Below are positions 37,372 to 48,403 of a stretch of DNA of 64,000 nucleotides, one piece after another. Position 1 is the stretch's first letter. Every line of letters begins with the position of its first letter. Below the pieces are notes generated by a model, which worked only from the letters and a program-made list of their open reading frames with translations, was not told the origin of the DNA and did not search any database. This DNA is from an uncultured Lachnospiraceae bacterium (GTDB lineage: Bacteria; Bacillota; Clostridia; Oscillospirales; CAG-272): contig CAYPRM010000005.1 in assembly GCA_964413365.1 (NCBI GenBank), positions 1,234 through 65,233 of the forward strand. Reading direction: 5' to 3'. The position numbers and the translations under genes were made by a program.

Positions 37372-37416
37372 CCTCCAAAAAATAAATTCAACCACACGTA
37401 AAGCCGTGCGGTTGAA
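37372..37416 (-). terminator. riboswitch expression-platform terminator
   Basis: Minus strand reads TTCAACCGCACG-GCTTTA-CGTGTGGTTGAA then TTTATTTTTT, immediately before the thiT RBS. Confidence 0.75.
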
Positions 37417-37424
37417 TCATTTCT

Positions 37425-37528
37425 GAAAATTCGTACTACCTACGTCGGCATTATCCGTATCAGGTTAAAGGGTTCAAGGCTCGCGCCTCATCTCAGCAAA
37501 AAGCACCCCTGACTTTATTTGTGATCGT
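37425..37528 (-). promoter_or_regulatory. TPP (THI-box) riboswitch
   Basis: Minus strand reads ...GTCAGGGGTGC...GCTGAGA...GAACCCTTTAACCTGATACGGATAATGCCGACGTAGG..., the THI element core. The ends are approximate. Confidence 0.9.
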
Positions 37529-37534
37529 AAGGAT

Positions 37535-37563
37535 ATTTTATCACAGATATTCTCCACTGTCAA
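37535..37563 (-). promoter_or_regulatory. sigma-A promoter driving the TPP riboswitch and thiT
   Basis: Minus strand reads TTGACA, 17 nt, TGaTAAAAT. Confidence 0.55.
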
Positions 37564-37569
37564 GAGGAT

Positions 37570-40500
37570 CTATCCGTTTTTTGGATCATTTTCCCTACTC
37601 GATGCCTCGATATACTTAAGAAGCGTGCCGTTGAGGACTCCGAGCGCATCGCTGCCCTGTGTGGGGCGCAGGCTGATATAGGGCTTGGATGAGAGGACTA
37701 TCCTCATTTTACCCTTCAGACCGTCCTCAACCTCGCTCCAGAGGTCGATATCCACGTGTGTGGGCGTAATGCGTATCTCGTTTCCCTCCTGCATTATCGA
37801 GGTAATGCCGCATTTGAGGGCATTTGCACGGATCAGCGCGATCATGAGCAGGTTTTGAACGGGCTTCGGCATATCCCCGTAGCGGTCGATCATCTCGTCG
37901 GATATATCGAGCCTATCGTACTCATTATCTATGAGCGCTATCCTCTTATACAGCCCCATTCTCTGTGGGGCGTAGGGCACGTATTTCTCGGGTATGAAGG
38001 CATTATACGCAAGACTGACGGTGCACTCCTGCTTGACCTTGGGTTTCTCGCCCCTTTCCTCGAGAACCGCCTCATTAAGAAGCTTGATATACAGCTCGTA
38101 GCCCACCGCATCAAGATGTCCGTGCTGTTCGGCACCGAGCATATTTCCCGCACCTCTGAGCTCGAGGTCGCGCATCGCTATCTTAAAGCCTGCGCCAAAT
38201 TCCGCGTACTCCCTTATCGCCTCAAGTCGCTTTTGCGAGATCTCGCTGATCGCCATATCCCTCGGATAGGTGAAATATGCGTATGCACGCCTTGATGAGC
38301 GTCCGACACGTCCCCTTATCTGATGCAGCTGTGAGAGTCCGAGCCTATGCGCGTTATCGACGATGAGGGTATTTGCGTTAGGAATGTCTATTCCCGTTTC
38401 TATTATCGTGGTGCTGACGAGGATATCAATATTTCCGTCGAGCATCTCGCCCCAGATATCCTCAAGCTCCTCGCGCTCCATCTTGCCGTGGGCGACGGTG
38501 ATCCTTGCATCGGGAAACGCCTTACTGAGCCTTGCCGCCACGGAATATATAGTCTCAACGAAGTTGTGCATATAGAACACCTGTCCGCCACGTCGAAGCT
38601 CACGCCTTATCGCCTCGTTTATGATGATATCGTCATGCTCGAGGACGTAGGTCTGTATCGGTATTCTATCTATCGGCGCTTCGTCAAGCACGGAGATGTC
38701 GCGCAGTCCGCCCATTGCCATATTGAGCGTTCGCGGTATCGGTGTGGCGGAGAGGCTGAGAACGTCGATGTTCCCGGAGAGCTTCTTGAGCTTTTCCTTC
38801 TGTGCCACGCCAAATCTCTGCTCCTCATCGACGATGAGCAGACCGAGGTCGTTGAAGCTTATATCGTTTGATATTATTCTGTGCGTTCCTATGAGTATAT
38901 CTATCTCGCCGCGCGCGAGCTTTCGCTTAGTAAGTGCCTGCTGCTTTGCCGTTCTGAAGCGTGAGAGCATATCAACGTTGACACCGAAGGCTCTAAAGCG
39001 GCTGAGGGCGGTCTGATAGTGCTGGAGGGCGAGTATGGTCGTAGGAACGAGGATCGCGACCTGCTTTCCGCCGAGCACCGCCTTATATGCGGCACGAAAT
39101 GCTACCTCGGTCTTGCCAAAACCGACGTCTCCGCAGAGCAGTCTGTCCATCGGCGTGGGGCTTATCATATCGCCCTTTATCTCGCTTATCGCCTCGAGCT
39201 GGGAGTCCGTTTCATCGTATTCGAACGCCGCCTCAAAATCCCTCTGAAGCTCGTCGTCCCTCGGGAAGGATATTCCCTGAGTTCTCGAGCGTCTGGCATA
39301 GAGCTGTATAAGCTCCTTTGCCATATCCTTGACCGCCGCTTTGGCGCGCGCCTTGGCACGTCCCCACTCTGCGCCTCCGAAGCGTGAGAGCTTGATCATT
39401 CCGTCATCGGAATGTGCGCCGATATATTTCGACACCGCATCGAGCTTTTCAACGGGCAAGAACAGCTTATCGCTTCCTGCGTACTGTATGGTGATATAGT
39501 CGTGAGTGATGCCGTCCGTTACGAGATTTTCGATGCCTGCGTAGCGTCCTATTCCGTAAGCCTCGTGAACGACGAGATCGCCGACCTCAAGGTCATTATA
39601 TGAAAATATCGCCTGTGTATTACTGTTCTTCTTACGTCTGCGCATTGAGGCGGAGACGGAATTCAGTCCGCGTCTGCCCCCTCCGTCACAGCACGAGAGC
39701 ACCGCACGGCGTGCGCCGAGAAGCTCGTAGCCCGTGCTCCTTGCGGTGTGTGATATGACGACGGTGCTCGGTGGAATATCAGAAGCATCATCCTCTGCGA
39801 TGCTTGCGCTGATGCCTGCCTCACAGAGCGTTCCGCAAAGGTTTTTTGCGAAGGTCTCGTTATCGCAGAGTATGCATACGCCGAAGCGTGATGACATATA
39901 TTGCTCGACGTCCTCAATGAGCAGGTCCGTTCTGTCCTCATAGGAGACGGTCTGCTTAGTCCTGAAGTGGAATATACCTGCGGTCTTTTTGTTTGCGAGC
40001 CCCTGAACGATGGAGTCGATATGGAGAGTGGCATTTCTGTCACAGAACATCTCATATTGCACGTTCGGCTTCGAATAATCCGTATATTTCGGGGCGACCG
40101 TTCCGCTCTCGAGCAGATCCTCAACTATCTGCGCCTCGCGGCGTGCGAAGCCCTCAAGCCTCTCTGCGATGGCGTTAGTTCCCTTCACTATCACGCAGGT
40201 GCGCTCGGTAAAGTAATCAAAAAGAGATGCTCGCTCGGGGTAGATGAGGGTGATATACTTATCTATAAAGCGCAGAGAGCCGACGCCCTCGGAAAATCCG
40301 TCTATTGCCGTAAGCTCACCGCGAAGCTCATCCTGCGCCTCGTTGGTTTTGGCACATTTGAGCTGATATTCAACTGCCTCTCTGAGCCTTGGCAGCTGAT
40401 CTGCTCCGATAAGAAGCTCCCTTGCGGGCGTTAGCTCGATGCACTCGACGCTATCCTGCATTCTCTGCGTATCTATCGAGAAAAAGCCCATTCTGTCTAT

Positions 40501-41157
40501 CTCATCGCCGAAAAATTCTATTCTCAGCGGAAGCTCTGAGCTGACCTTATCGCCCTCAGAATTGATATAGTACCCACCCGGGGCGAAAACGTCGACTATA
40601 CCGCCGCGGCAGGCGAACTGCCCCTCGGCATCTATCATATCGACGTGCGTATATCCGCAGAGGGTGAGCGTTCGGCACAGCTCCGCAGGATCTGCCGTGC
40701 TCTGCGTGTCGAGTCTTATTATCGAGTCCTCGAGCCTTGTCGGGGGCATCGTATATGAGAGTGCCGCATCGGGTGTGGTGAGCACCGCGTCAAGCTCGCC
40801 CCTCATCACTCCGAAAAGCACCTTAAGCCTCTCATGCTCGTACTCATGGGAGGCTGAAATATTATAAAGGTTGAGGTCTCTATTTAGATAGAACGCCGCG
40901 CGGAGCTTATGATCCGCAAGCATTCGTGTGATCCTCAGACACTCCTTTTCATCGGAGCAGATCATCACAAGAGGCGTCCTGCCCCTCTGCACCGCAGTAT
41001 CGCGAATGAGGCTGACCACGGCGGCGTCGGACGCACCGTCGCAAAGTCCGCTGACCGCTATCGGGTAGGGCTTATGCGACGAGAGCTCCTTTTTTACGGT
41101 ATCCAAGAGCTGAGGATATTCCTCATCAAGCCTTATTACATCGGTGATAAGATCCAT
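37570..41157 (-). CDS. mfd: transcription-repair coupling factor Mfd
   Basis: 1195 aa with RNAP-interaction (CarD/TRCF) domain ...VVHEAYGIGRY..., helicase motifs GDVGFGKTEVA and DEEQRFG, and a TRCF C-terminus. Confidence 0.95.
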   Translation of the reverse strand: MDLITDVIRLDEEYPQLLDTVKKELSSHKPYPIAVSGLCDGASDAAVVSLIRDTAVQRGRTPLVMICSDEKECLRITRMLADHKLRAAFYLNRDLNLYNISASHEYEHERLKVLFGVMRGELDAVLTTPDAALSYTMPPTRLEDSIIRLDTQSTADPAELCRTLTLCGYTHVDMIDAEGQFACRGGIVDVFAPGGYYINSEGDKVSSELPLRIEFFGDEIDRMGFFSIDTQRMQDSVECIELTPARELLIGADQLPRLREAVEYQLKCAKTNEAQDELRGELTAIDGFSEGVGSLRFIDKYITLIYPERASLFDYFTERTCVIVKGTNAIAERLEGFARREAQIVEDLLESGTVAPKYTDYSKPNVQYEMFCDRNATLHIDSIVQGLANKKTAGIFHFRTKQTVSYEDRTDLLIEDVEQYMSSRFGVCILCDNETFAKNLCGTLCEAGISASIAEDDASDIPPSTVVISHTARSTGYELLGARRAVLSCCDGGGRRGLNSVSASMRRRKKNSNTQAIFSYNDLEVGDLVVHEAYGIGRYAGIENLVTDGITHDYITIQYAGSDKLFLPVEKLDAVSKYIGAHSDDGMIKLSRFGGAEWGRAKARAKAAVKDMAKELIQLYARRSRTQGISFPRDDELQRDFEAAFEYDETDSQLEAISEIKGDMISPTPMDRLLCGDVGFGKTEVAFRAAYKAVLGGKQVAILVPTTILALQHYQTALSRFRAFGVNVDMLSRFRTAKQQALTKRKLARGEIDILIGTHRIISNDISFNDLGLLIVDEEQRFGVAQKEKLKKLSGNIDVLSLSATPIPRTLNMAMGGLRDISVLDEAPIDRIPIQTYVLEHDDIIINEAIRRELRRGGQVFYMHNFVETIYSVAARLSKAFPDARITVAHGKMEREELEDIWGEMLDGNIDILVSTTIIETGIDIPNANTLIVDNAHRLGLSQLHQIRGRVGRSSRRAYAYFTYPRDMAISEISQKRLEAIREYAEFGAGFKIAMRDLELRGAGNMLGAEQHGHLDAVGYELYIKLLNEAVLEERGEKPKVKQECTVSLAYNAFIPEKYVPYAPQRMGLYKRIALIDNEYDRLDISDEMIDRYGDMPKPVQNLLMIALIRANALKCGITSIMQEGNEIRITPTHVDIDLWSEVEDGLKGKMRIVLSSKPYISLRPTQGSDALGVLNGTLLKYIEASSRENDPKNG

Positions 41158-41159
41158 TC

Positions 41160-41810
41160 CTATCTTCCCCCCTCCGCAGGGCTCCAGCCGTTGCAGATCT
41201 GCATTGCGCCGTCGATATCCCCATTCAGGATATGCTCAAGTCCCTCGCAGGCTACGGGGAGCGTCTTATCGAGTGTTTTCAACTCGCCATCACTCATCTC
41301 GGAGAGCACCCACGCGGCAAGATCGTAGTCGGGATGGGGCTTTTCGCCAACTCCGAGTCTTATCCTCGGGAAGGCTTGTGAGCCTGTCTCGGCAATTATG
41401 CTCTTTATGCCGTTATGTCCGCCTGCGCTACCGTCTCTGCGGACTCGCATCCTGCCAACTGGGAGGGTGATATCATCATAGATGACGACAAGTGCCTCGG
41501 GCGGAAGCTTATAATAATCGAGCACCGCACGCACGCACTCTCCCGAAAGGTTCATAAAGGTCTGCGGCTTGACGAGCAGGACACGCTTGCCTGCTACGGT
41601 CGCCTCGCCTACGAGCCCCTTCATCGACAAACGGGAAACGCTCGCACCGTATTTTCTGCAAATATAGTCGAGGGCGAGAAAGCCCATATTATGTCTGGTA
41701 TGGAGGTATTCCGCCCCGGGGTTTCCGAGTCCCACGACCACGCGGGATATTGGCTCGCGCGGTGCTGTGGGCTCGGATATTTTTTTGAAAAGCTCAAATA
41801 TATCAGTCAT
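41160..41810 (-). CDS. pth: peptidyl-tRNA hydrolase (with short N- and C-terminal extensions)
   Basis: VVGLGNPGAEYLHTRHNMGF...GGHNGIKSI. Confidence 0.9.
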   Translation of the reverse strand: MTDIFELFKKISEPTAPREPISRVVVGLGNPGAEYLHTRHNMGFLALDYICRKYGASVSRLSMKGLVGEATVAGKRVLLVKPQTFMNLSGECVRAVLDYYKLPPEALVVIYDDITLPVGRMRVRRDGSAGGHNGIKSIIAETGSQAFPRIRLGVGEKPHPDYDLAAWVLSEMSDGELKTLDKTLPVACEGLEHILNGDIDGAMQICNGWSPAEGGR

Positions 41811-41837
41811 TCTTTAACTAACTCCTATCCCTTCTCC

Positions 41838-44800
41838 CTATCCAAAGAGGGAGATCTGATCGGTATCGGAGAGCCCGTCAAGGACTCCGTTCTTGCGCAG
41901 GATATCTATCACCGAGCCTGAAAGCTTCGCTCTGATCTGAAGATCCTCCACGGAGAAGAAATCCTCCTCATTTCTTGCGTCGATGATATTCTGTGCAGCG
42001 TTCTCACCAAGTCCCGAGAGCGACGAGAACGGCAATCTGATGCCTCCGTTTTCGGGTAGAAACGCCTTATGGTCCGATCTCTTGAGGTCTATCGGGAGGA
42101 ATTTAATTCCCCTCGCGTATGCCTCTCTGACGAGCTGAAGTCCTGCCACGGACGCCTGCTCCTTTTGCGATGCGTCCCTACCGAGATCCTCTATACGCTT
42201 GATCTCGTTTGAAACGCCCCTCTGTCCCCTCATAACGATCTCCGCATCAAGTCCGACGCTCGCAACGGTGAACATTGCCGCATAAAATGCTACGGGCATA
42301 TGCACCTTATACCATCCCACGCGGATCGCGGACATAACGTATGCGGCGGCGTGCGCCTTCGGGAACATATATTTTATCTTTTTACACGAATCTATGTACC
42401 AATTCGGGACGCCCGTTTCGGTCATAGTGATCTCCCACTCGGGCTTAAGTCCCCTGCCCTTACGCACGCTCTCCATTATTTGGAACGAAAGTGCGCTATC
42501 GACTCCGTAGGCGATGAGGTCGTTCATGATATTATCACGACAGCCTATAACGTGGGATATATCGCAGGTGCCGTTATTGATGAGGTCCTGCGCATTACCC
42601 GTCCAAACGTCCGTGCCGTGGGAAAGTCCAGAAATCTGAAGCAGGTCGGCAAAGGAGCGTGGCTTCGCCTCCTCGACCATCTTCATAACGAAGCGTGTGC
42701 CGAACTCGGGAAGTCCGTATGTGCCTATCCTTGCGCCACCGATATCGTCGGGGGATATTCCGAGGGGATCTGTCGAGAGGAACAGCTCATAGACAGACTT
42801 GTCGTTCATCGGAACGTCCATAACGCTCGTATTGGAAAAGCGCTCGATCCACTTATACTTCGTCGGAATATCGTGTCCGAGCTCGTCGAGCTTAAGAAGT
42901 GTGTCGTGGAGATACTCAAATGTGAAATGAGTTGTTATTATGTTCGAGCTTGCGTCCTCGGCAGGGTGCTGAACGGGGCAAAAATCGTATATCTCCATCT
43001 CCTTGGGAACAACGACGATGCCACCGGGGTGCTGACCTGTGGTACGCTTCACGCCGACGCACTTGGAGACGAGCCTATTCATCTCCGCACGCGGCAGGCT
43101 GATGCCCTTCTCCTCGAGGTATTTGAGCACGAAGCCGTATGCGGTCTTATCCGCCACGCCGCCGATCGTGCCTGCACGGAAGACGTTCTCTGCACCGAAA
43201 AGCTCCTCGGTGTATTTATGCACCTTTCCCTGCACCTCGCCCGAGAAGTTGAGATCTATATCGGGGGATTTCTCGCCGTAGAAGCCGAGGAAGGTCTCAA
43301 AGGGTATATCATGTCCGTCGGCGTGGTATTTTGTACCGCAGACGGGGCAATTCTTATCGGGAAGGTCAAAGCCCGAGCCGACCTCACCGTTCAAGAAGAA
43401 CTCACTATGCTTGCAGTTAGGGCAATAATAGTGGGGCTTCAGAGGATTGACCTCCGAAATTCCTGCGCAGGACGCGACGAAGGACGAGCCGACAGAGCCT
43501 CTTGAGCCGACGAGGTAGCCGTTATCCTCGCTATATTTTACGAGCTTCTGCGCGATGATATAGAGCACCGCAAAGCCGTTCTTTATGATGGAGCCAAGCT
43601 CCTTATCGAGCCTATTCTTCACTATATCGGGCAGGGGTGAGCCGTATTTGCTCTCCGCATTCTCATAGCAGATGCGCTGAAGATCCTCCTCTGCTCCCTC
43701 TATCTTCGGTGTAAACGTTCCCTTCGGGAAGGGGCGTATGCCGTCCTCGATCATATCGGCAATAAGGTTGGTATTCGTTACGACGACCTCATAAGCCTTT
43801 TCCTTACCGAGGTATGAGAACTCCTCGAGCATCTCCTCGGTCGTTCTGACGTAGAGGGGGCAATCCCTGTCGGCGTCCTTAAATCTCATTCCCGAGAGCA
43901 GGACCTTTCTGCCGATCTCGTCGTCGGGATCGAGGTAGTGCGCATCGCAGGTGGCGACGACGGGCTTTTTATATTTTTCGCCGAGCTCGACTATCTGCCT
44001 ATTGAGGTCGCGCAGATCCTCGTCGCTTCCGACTGTGCCCTCGGCAATAAGAAATCTGTTATTTGAAATAGGCTGGATCTCAAGGTAGTCATAGAAATTG
44101 ACTATATCCCTGATATCGTCCTCGGGCTTCTTCTCAAGTATCGCACGGAAAAGCTCCCCTGCCTCGCACGCAGAGCCGAGTATAAGTCCCTCGCGGTGCT
44201 TCTCAAGCTCCGATCTCGGTATACGAGGCACTCGCTTATAGTAATTCAGGTAGGAATACGAAACGAGCTTATAGAGGTTCTTCAGTCCTGTGGGATTCTT
44301 TACAAGTATTATCTGATGGTATGGCTTGACGGTGAGGGGATCGGCGTGCTCGCTCATATCCCTCTCCAAGTCGGCAAACGTTCTTATATCGAAGCGTTCC
44401 ATCTTTGCGACCATGGCGAAGAAGATGTTTGCGAGCATCTCCGCGTCATCGGACGCTCTGTGATGATTGAACGAGCCGAGGTCGTAATATTTCGCCACCA
44501 CGTCAAGCTTATGGCTCTTAAGATCGGAATTCAGAAAACGTGAGAGCGTGACAGTATCGAGATAGGGGTTTGCGAAATGATATCCGCACTCCCTCGACGC
44601 CTTTCTGATAAAGGAGATATCGAAATTTGCGTTATGCGCTATGAGCAGGCAGTCGCCCGCAAATTCAAGGAAGCGTGCGAGAACGGTCTCGATCCTATCC
44701 GCATCTGCGACCATGGCGTCGTCGATACCCGTAAGCTCAACGATATTCTCGGGTATGGGCGTATCGGGATTGACGAACTCGTCAAAGCGGTCTATGACCT

Positions 44801-46250
44801 CGCCATTCCTTATCTTTACCGCACCGATCTCTATTATCTGAGAGGTTAGGACGGAGAGTCCCGTGGTCTCTATATCAAAGACCACCATCTCATCATTGAA
44901 GCTGCCGTCATACTCGCCCGTTACCGCGCTGACCTTATCGTTTACATAGTACGCCTCCATGCCGTAGATAACCTTCATACCAAGCTTCTCGGAGGCGAGC
45001 ATTGCCATCTGATAGCCCTGAACATTTCCATGGTCTGTGATGGCTACGGCACGGTGTCCCCATGAATGTGCGACCTTGACCGCCTCATCGGGGGGCAGGA
45101 GCGCGTCCATAGTGGACATCTGTGTATGAAGATGAAGCTCCACCCTCTTTTCGGGGGCGTTATCCATTCTCTTTATCTGTTCTATTTTTGATATATGGTT
45201 AAAGGTGAAAACGAGGTCGCGGTCGTATGTGCCGTCCCTCTTTTTCTCGTGCTTTGCGTAGCCGTAGAGGGCGTAGGACGAGCCGTTCTTCACCGCAGAG
45301 GCGATCTGCGCACTCTCCTTATCGCTCTTATACGCGCGGACCTCGAGGGAGGTATTTCCGTCATATATGCAGAAGGTGGTGGAGACACTGTTTCCCCTGC
45401 GTGCAGGCTCCTGTGTAAAACCGAATACCTCACCGATAACGACGGTGCGCACGCCCTCCTTCAGCTCCGCTATGGGTGTGGGGTTGACGTCAAATTCCTC
45501 TCCCCAGACGCACTCGGGGGCACTGAGGTCAAAGGTCCTCGTGCCTATTTTATAAATACCGTTCTCCGACGATGCGGAATGACTGCACTCAAATAGCGTC
45601 GCCACTCTCGGAAGGTCGGCAGCCGAGGGCTCAGCAGGTGCGGCAGGTCTGTTTTCCGAGCCGCTATGCTGCTGGGACTCATACCTTTTTGCCTGCTCCG
45701 AGATCTCACGGTCAAATCTGTCCATCTCGCCGCTTCGTCTATCCCTTGTGGCAGACGCAAGCTTTTCATCATTCACTATATCCACGCTGTATTTCGTGCC
45801 GAACTCTGAAAACAGTATATTCTCAATAACGCTCGGCGTGCTCGCGTCGTTAAGGAGCGTAACTCCCCCTCTTGCGAACGGTATAACAACTCTTATTTCG
45901 TTGCCCTCAACACTCCAATCTGCGCCCGAGAAAAAGCCCTTTGCGACGACTCCGACTCTCTCTGCCTCAAGAAGTATCTGCTGAAAATACTGCTCCGAAA
46001 AGAGGTCTGTGGGATACTTAGGCAATATCTTCACAGCGGAGATATTATATGCCTCCCTCATCTCGTCCTCAATCTTATAGAGCAGGGGCTTATTTATTAT
46101 CCTATCAAAGGACACCTCCGCCTGCAGGATGCGGTTGACCTTATCCGCGCGCACGGACGAGACTCCCACGACATGCGAAAGGGCGGCAAGGATCTCCGTG
46201 CCGCTGGGGTGATATCTATTGAAAATTTCGAGAAAGCTCTTCTCTGCCAT
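41838..46250 (-). CDS. polC: DNA polymerase III alpha subunit, PolC type
   Basis: 1470 aa with a PHP domain (VELHLHTQMS), an inserted 3'-5' exonuclease (VVFDIETTGL...HRASDDAE), and a zinc module CPNCKH...CPVCG. Confidence 0.95.
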   Translation of the reverse strand: MAEKSFLEIFNRYHPSGTEILAALSHVVGVSSVRADKVNRILQAEVSFDRIINKPLLYKIEDEMREAYNISAVKILPKYPTDLFSEQYFQQILLEAERVGVVAKGFFSGADWSVEGNEIRVVIPFARGGVTLLNDASTPSVIENILFSEFGTKYSVDIVNDEKLASATRDRRSGEMDRFDREISEQAKRYESQQHSGSENRPAAPAEPSAADLPRVATLFECSHSASSENGIYKIGTRTFDLSAPECVWGEEFDVNPTPIAELKEGVRTVVIGEVFGFTQEPARRGNSVSTTFCIYDGNTSLEVRAYKSDKESAQIASAVKNGSSYALYGYAKHEKKRDGTYDRDLVFTFNHISKIEQIKRMDNAPEKRVELHLHTQMSTMDALLPPDEAVKVAHSWGHRAVAITDHGNVQGYQMAMLASEKLGMKVIYGMEAYYVNDKVSAVTGEYDGSFNDEMVVFDIETTGLSVLTSQIIEIGAVKIRNGEVIDRFDEFVNPDTPIPENIVELTGIDDAMVADADRIETVLARFLEFAGDCLLIAHNANFDISFIRKASRECGYHFANPYLDTVTLSRFLNSDLKSHKLDVVAKYYDLGSFNHHRASDDAEMLANIFFAMVAKMERFDIRTFADLERDMSEHADPLTVKPYHQIILVKNPTGLKNLYKLVSYSYLNYYKRVPRIPRSELEKHREGLILGSACEAGELFRAILEKKPEDDIRDIVNFYDYLEIQPISNNRFLIAEGTVGSDEDLRDLNRQIVELGEKYKKPVVATCDAHYLDPDDEIGRKVLLSGMRFKDADRDCPLYVRTTEEMLEEFSYLGKEKAYEVVVTNTNLIADMIEDGIRPFPKGTFTPKIEGAEEDLQRICYENAESKYGSPLPDIVKNRLDKELGSIIKNGFAVLYIIAQKLVKYSEDNGYLVGSRGSVGSSFVASCAGISEVNPLKPHYYCPNCKHSEFFLNGEVGSGFDLPDKNCPVCGTKYHADGHDIPFETFLGFYGEKSPDIDLNFSGEVQGKVHKYTEELFGAENVFRAGTIGGVADKTAYGFVLKYLEEKGISLPRAEMNRLVSKCVGVKRTTGQHPGGIVVVPKEMEIYDFCPVQHPAEDASSNIITTHFTFEYLHDTLLKLDELGHDIPTKYKWIERFSNTSVMDVPMNDKSVYELFLSTDPLGISPDDIGGARIGTYGLPEFGTRFVMKMVEEAKPRSFADLLQISGLSHGTDVWTGNAQDLINNGTCDISHVIGCRDNIMNDLIAYGVDSALSFQIMESVRKGRGLKPEWEITMTETGVPNWYIDSCKKIKYMFPKAHAAAYVMSAIRVGWYKVHMPVAFYAAMFTVASVGLDAEIVMRGQRGVSNEIKRIEDLGRDASQKEQASVAGLQLVREAYARGIKFLPIDLKRSDHKAFLPENGGIRLPFSSLSGLGENAAQNIIDARNEEDFFSVEDLQIRAKLSGSVIDILRKNGVLDGLSDTDQISLFG

Positions 46251-46253
46251 AGT

Positions 46254-47336
46254 CTATACCTTCATTTTCTTAATCCTGCTTATCAAAGCGTCAATAACGC
46301 GATCCTCGGGGATCTTCTCGATTATCTCTCCGCCTGCAAAGAGCAAGCCCTCGCCGATGCCGCCTGCGATGCCTATATCAGCCTCGCGCGCCTCCCCGGG
46401 TCCATTGACGGCACAGCCCATAACTGCGACCTTTACGGGAACGTCGGAGAGCCCCTCACGCTCTATTGCCTCCTCAAGCCTTGCGACAAGGGAGATAAGG
46501 TCTATTTTCGTTCTTCCGCAGGTGGGACAGCTGACTATCTTGATGCCGCTCTGCCCCTCGAGCTCGACGGAATTAAGTATCCTCTTTGCCGCGGCGATCT
46601 CGAGCACGGGATCAGCGGTGAGCGATACACGCACGGTATCCCCTATTCCGTCGCAGAGCAGAGCGCCGATGCCGATGCCGCTCTTGAGCGTACCGAGCTC
46701 CGCGCTTCCTGCCTCGGTAACTCCGAGGTGGATATTATAGGGGCACGCCTCGGCAATGAGCCTATTTGCACGTATCATATCGGGAACGTTGGACGCCTTG
46801 ATCGAAATGACGGTATTTTCAAATCCGTATTTCTCGAGCAGGGCGATATGCTCAAGTGCGCTCTCGCAAAGTGCCTCTGGCGTCGGAGAGCCGTATTTCT
46901 CGAGCACCTCACGTCTGAGAGAGCCTGAGTTTATGCCGACTCTTATCGGTATATCACGCTTAGCGCACGCCTCTGCGACCGTGCGGACCTTAGCGTCATC
47001 CCCGATATTGCCAGGATTTATCCTTATTTTATCGACTCCGAGCTCCGCACATCTGAGCGCGACTCTATAATCAAAATGTATATCCGCGACGATGGGAATA
47101 CCAACTCCCATATCCTTAAGATACGGAATGGTCTCTGCCGCCTCGAGCGTGGGAACGGTTATTCTGACTATATCACAGCCCGCCCTCTCGAGTTCCCTTA
47201 TCTGCGCAAACGTTGCCGCCCTATCGCAGGTATCGGTATTCGTCATTGACTGTATCGCGATGGGCGAGTCGCCTCCGATATAGGTATTCCCTATCCTTAG
47301 CTTCTTCGTCCTTCTTCTTATAGCGTTATAATTCAT
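46254..47336 (-). CDS. ispG: 4-hydroxy-3-methylbut-2-en-1-yl diphosphate synthase IspG (GcpE)
   Basis: IGGDSPIAIQSMTNT...RINPGNIG...VSCPTCGRT...MGCAVNGPGEA. Confidence 0.95.
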   Translation of the reverse strand: MNYNAIRRRTKKLRIGNTYIGGDSPIAIQSMTNTDTCDRAATFAQIRELERAGCDIVRITVPTLEAAETIPYLKDMGVGIPIVADIHFDYRVALRCAELGVDKIRINPGNIGDDAKVRTVAEACAKRDIPIRVGINSGSLRREVLEKYGSPTPEALCESALEHIALLEKYGFENTVISIKASNVPDMIRANRLIAEACPYNIHLGVTEAGSAELGTLKSGIGIGALLCDGIGDTVRVSLTADPVLEIAAAKRILNSVELEGQSGIKIVSCPTCGRTKIDLISLVARLEEAIEREGLSDVPVKVAVMGCAVNGPGEAREADIGIAGGIGEGLLFAGGEIIEKIPEDRVIDALISRIKKMKV

Positions 47337-47346
47337 TTTTCAAGCC

Positions 47347-48387
47347 TCAAAAAAGATTTATTACGTCCTTGACGGAGATGAAAAGCATAAATGCGAGCAG
47401 GAGCATCATCGTTACGCCCGTGATCGTATCCTCTATCTCCTTTTTTATGACCTTTTTGCCTGCTATACCGTCGATGAGGTGGAAAACTATCCTACCACCG
47501 TCGAGCGCGGGTATGGGCAAAAGGTTGAATATACCGAGATTCATACTAATGAGCACCACGAGGTTGACAAGGGACGCGATGCTGACCTGCGCCACCTGCT
47601 CAACGGTATCTATGATGCCGATAGGTCCTGAAACGGCGTCCATTCCGAATCTTCCCGTTATCATTCCGACAAGGGAGTCAAATACCATCTTGACCATATT
47701 CAGCGAGCGGTAGAACGCCTGATAGATATAATCAAAAAACGTTACGGTATCGAGTGCGCCGAGTGCGTAGAGTTTGAAATCGAGCACTCCGAGGGAGACG
47801 CCTTGCTCCTCTGCGGTATCGAAAACGACATTCTCAAGCACCAGCGTCTCGCCGTCTCTTATGACGGTAATATCTATCGCCTCATAGCCCTGCATCGTTA
47901 TCTCATACACGACCTCCTCGCCCGTATGGACCTTGACGTTGCCGATCTTCACTATCTCATCGCCGATCTGCAGCTTTGCGTTGCTTATCGCACCATCGTT
48001 GAACTCGCCCACCGTGGTAGAGCCGAGTGTGGGTGTGCAAATGACGAGTATGAACATAACTATCACCGCAAAGAGGATATTTACAATGGGGCCTGCCGCT
48101 GTAACGGCGATCTTCTTCCACGGGCTGAGGTTATCATACGCCGCAGGATCATCGCTCGTTCCCTCCTCACCCTCCATGCTGACAAATCCGCCGATGGGAA
48201 ATGCGCGGAGGGAATATTTCGTGCCCGTCTTACCCTCCCACGAGTAGAGCTTTGGGCCCATGCCTATCGAAAACTCGAGCACGGGAACGTGAAACAGGCG
48301 TGCGAAAAAGAAATGTCCGAATTCGTGGATAAACGTCAAAAATCCTATCACTAACAGTGTGATAAGAGCGTACAGAATAAAGTTCAA
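47347..48387 (-). CDS. rseP: RIP site-2 metalloprotease RseP/RasP
   Basis: HEFGHFFFA motif, one PDZ-like segment, NLLPIPALDGG. Confidence 0.9.
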   Translation of the reverse strand: MNFILYALITLLVIGFLTFIHEFGHFFFARLFHVPVLEFSIGMGPKLYSWEGKTGTKYSLRAFPIGGFVSMEGEEGTSDDPAAYDNLSPWKKIAVTAAGPIVNILFAVIVMFILVICTPTLGSTTVGEFNDGAISNAKLQIGDEIVKIGNVKVHTGEEVVYEITMQGYEAIDITVIRDGETLVLENVVFDTAEEQGVSLGVLDFKLYALGALDTVTFFDYIYQAFYRSLNMVKMVFDSLVGMITGRFGMDAVSGPIGIIDTVEQVAQVSIASLVNLVVLISMNLGIFNLLPIPALDGGRIVFHLIDGIAGKKVIKKEIEDTITGVTMMLLLAFMLFISVKDVINLF

Positions 48388-48403
48388 TGTGATTCTCCTT
48401 AAA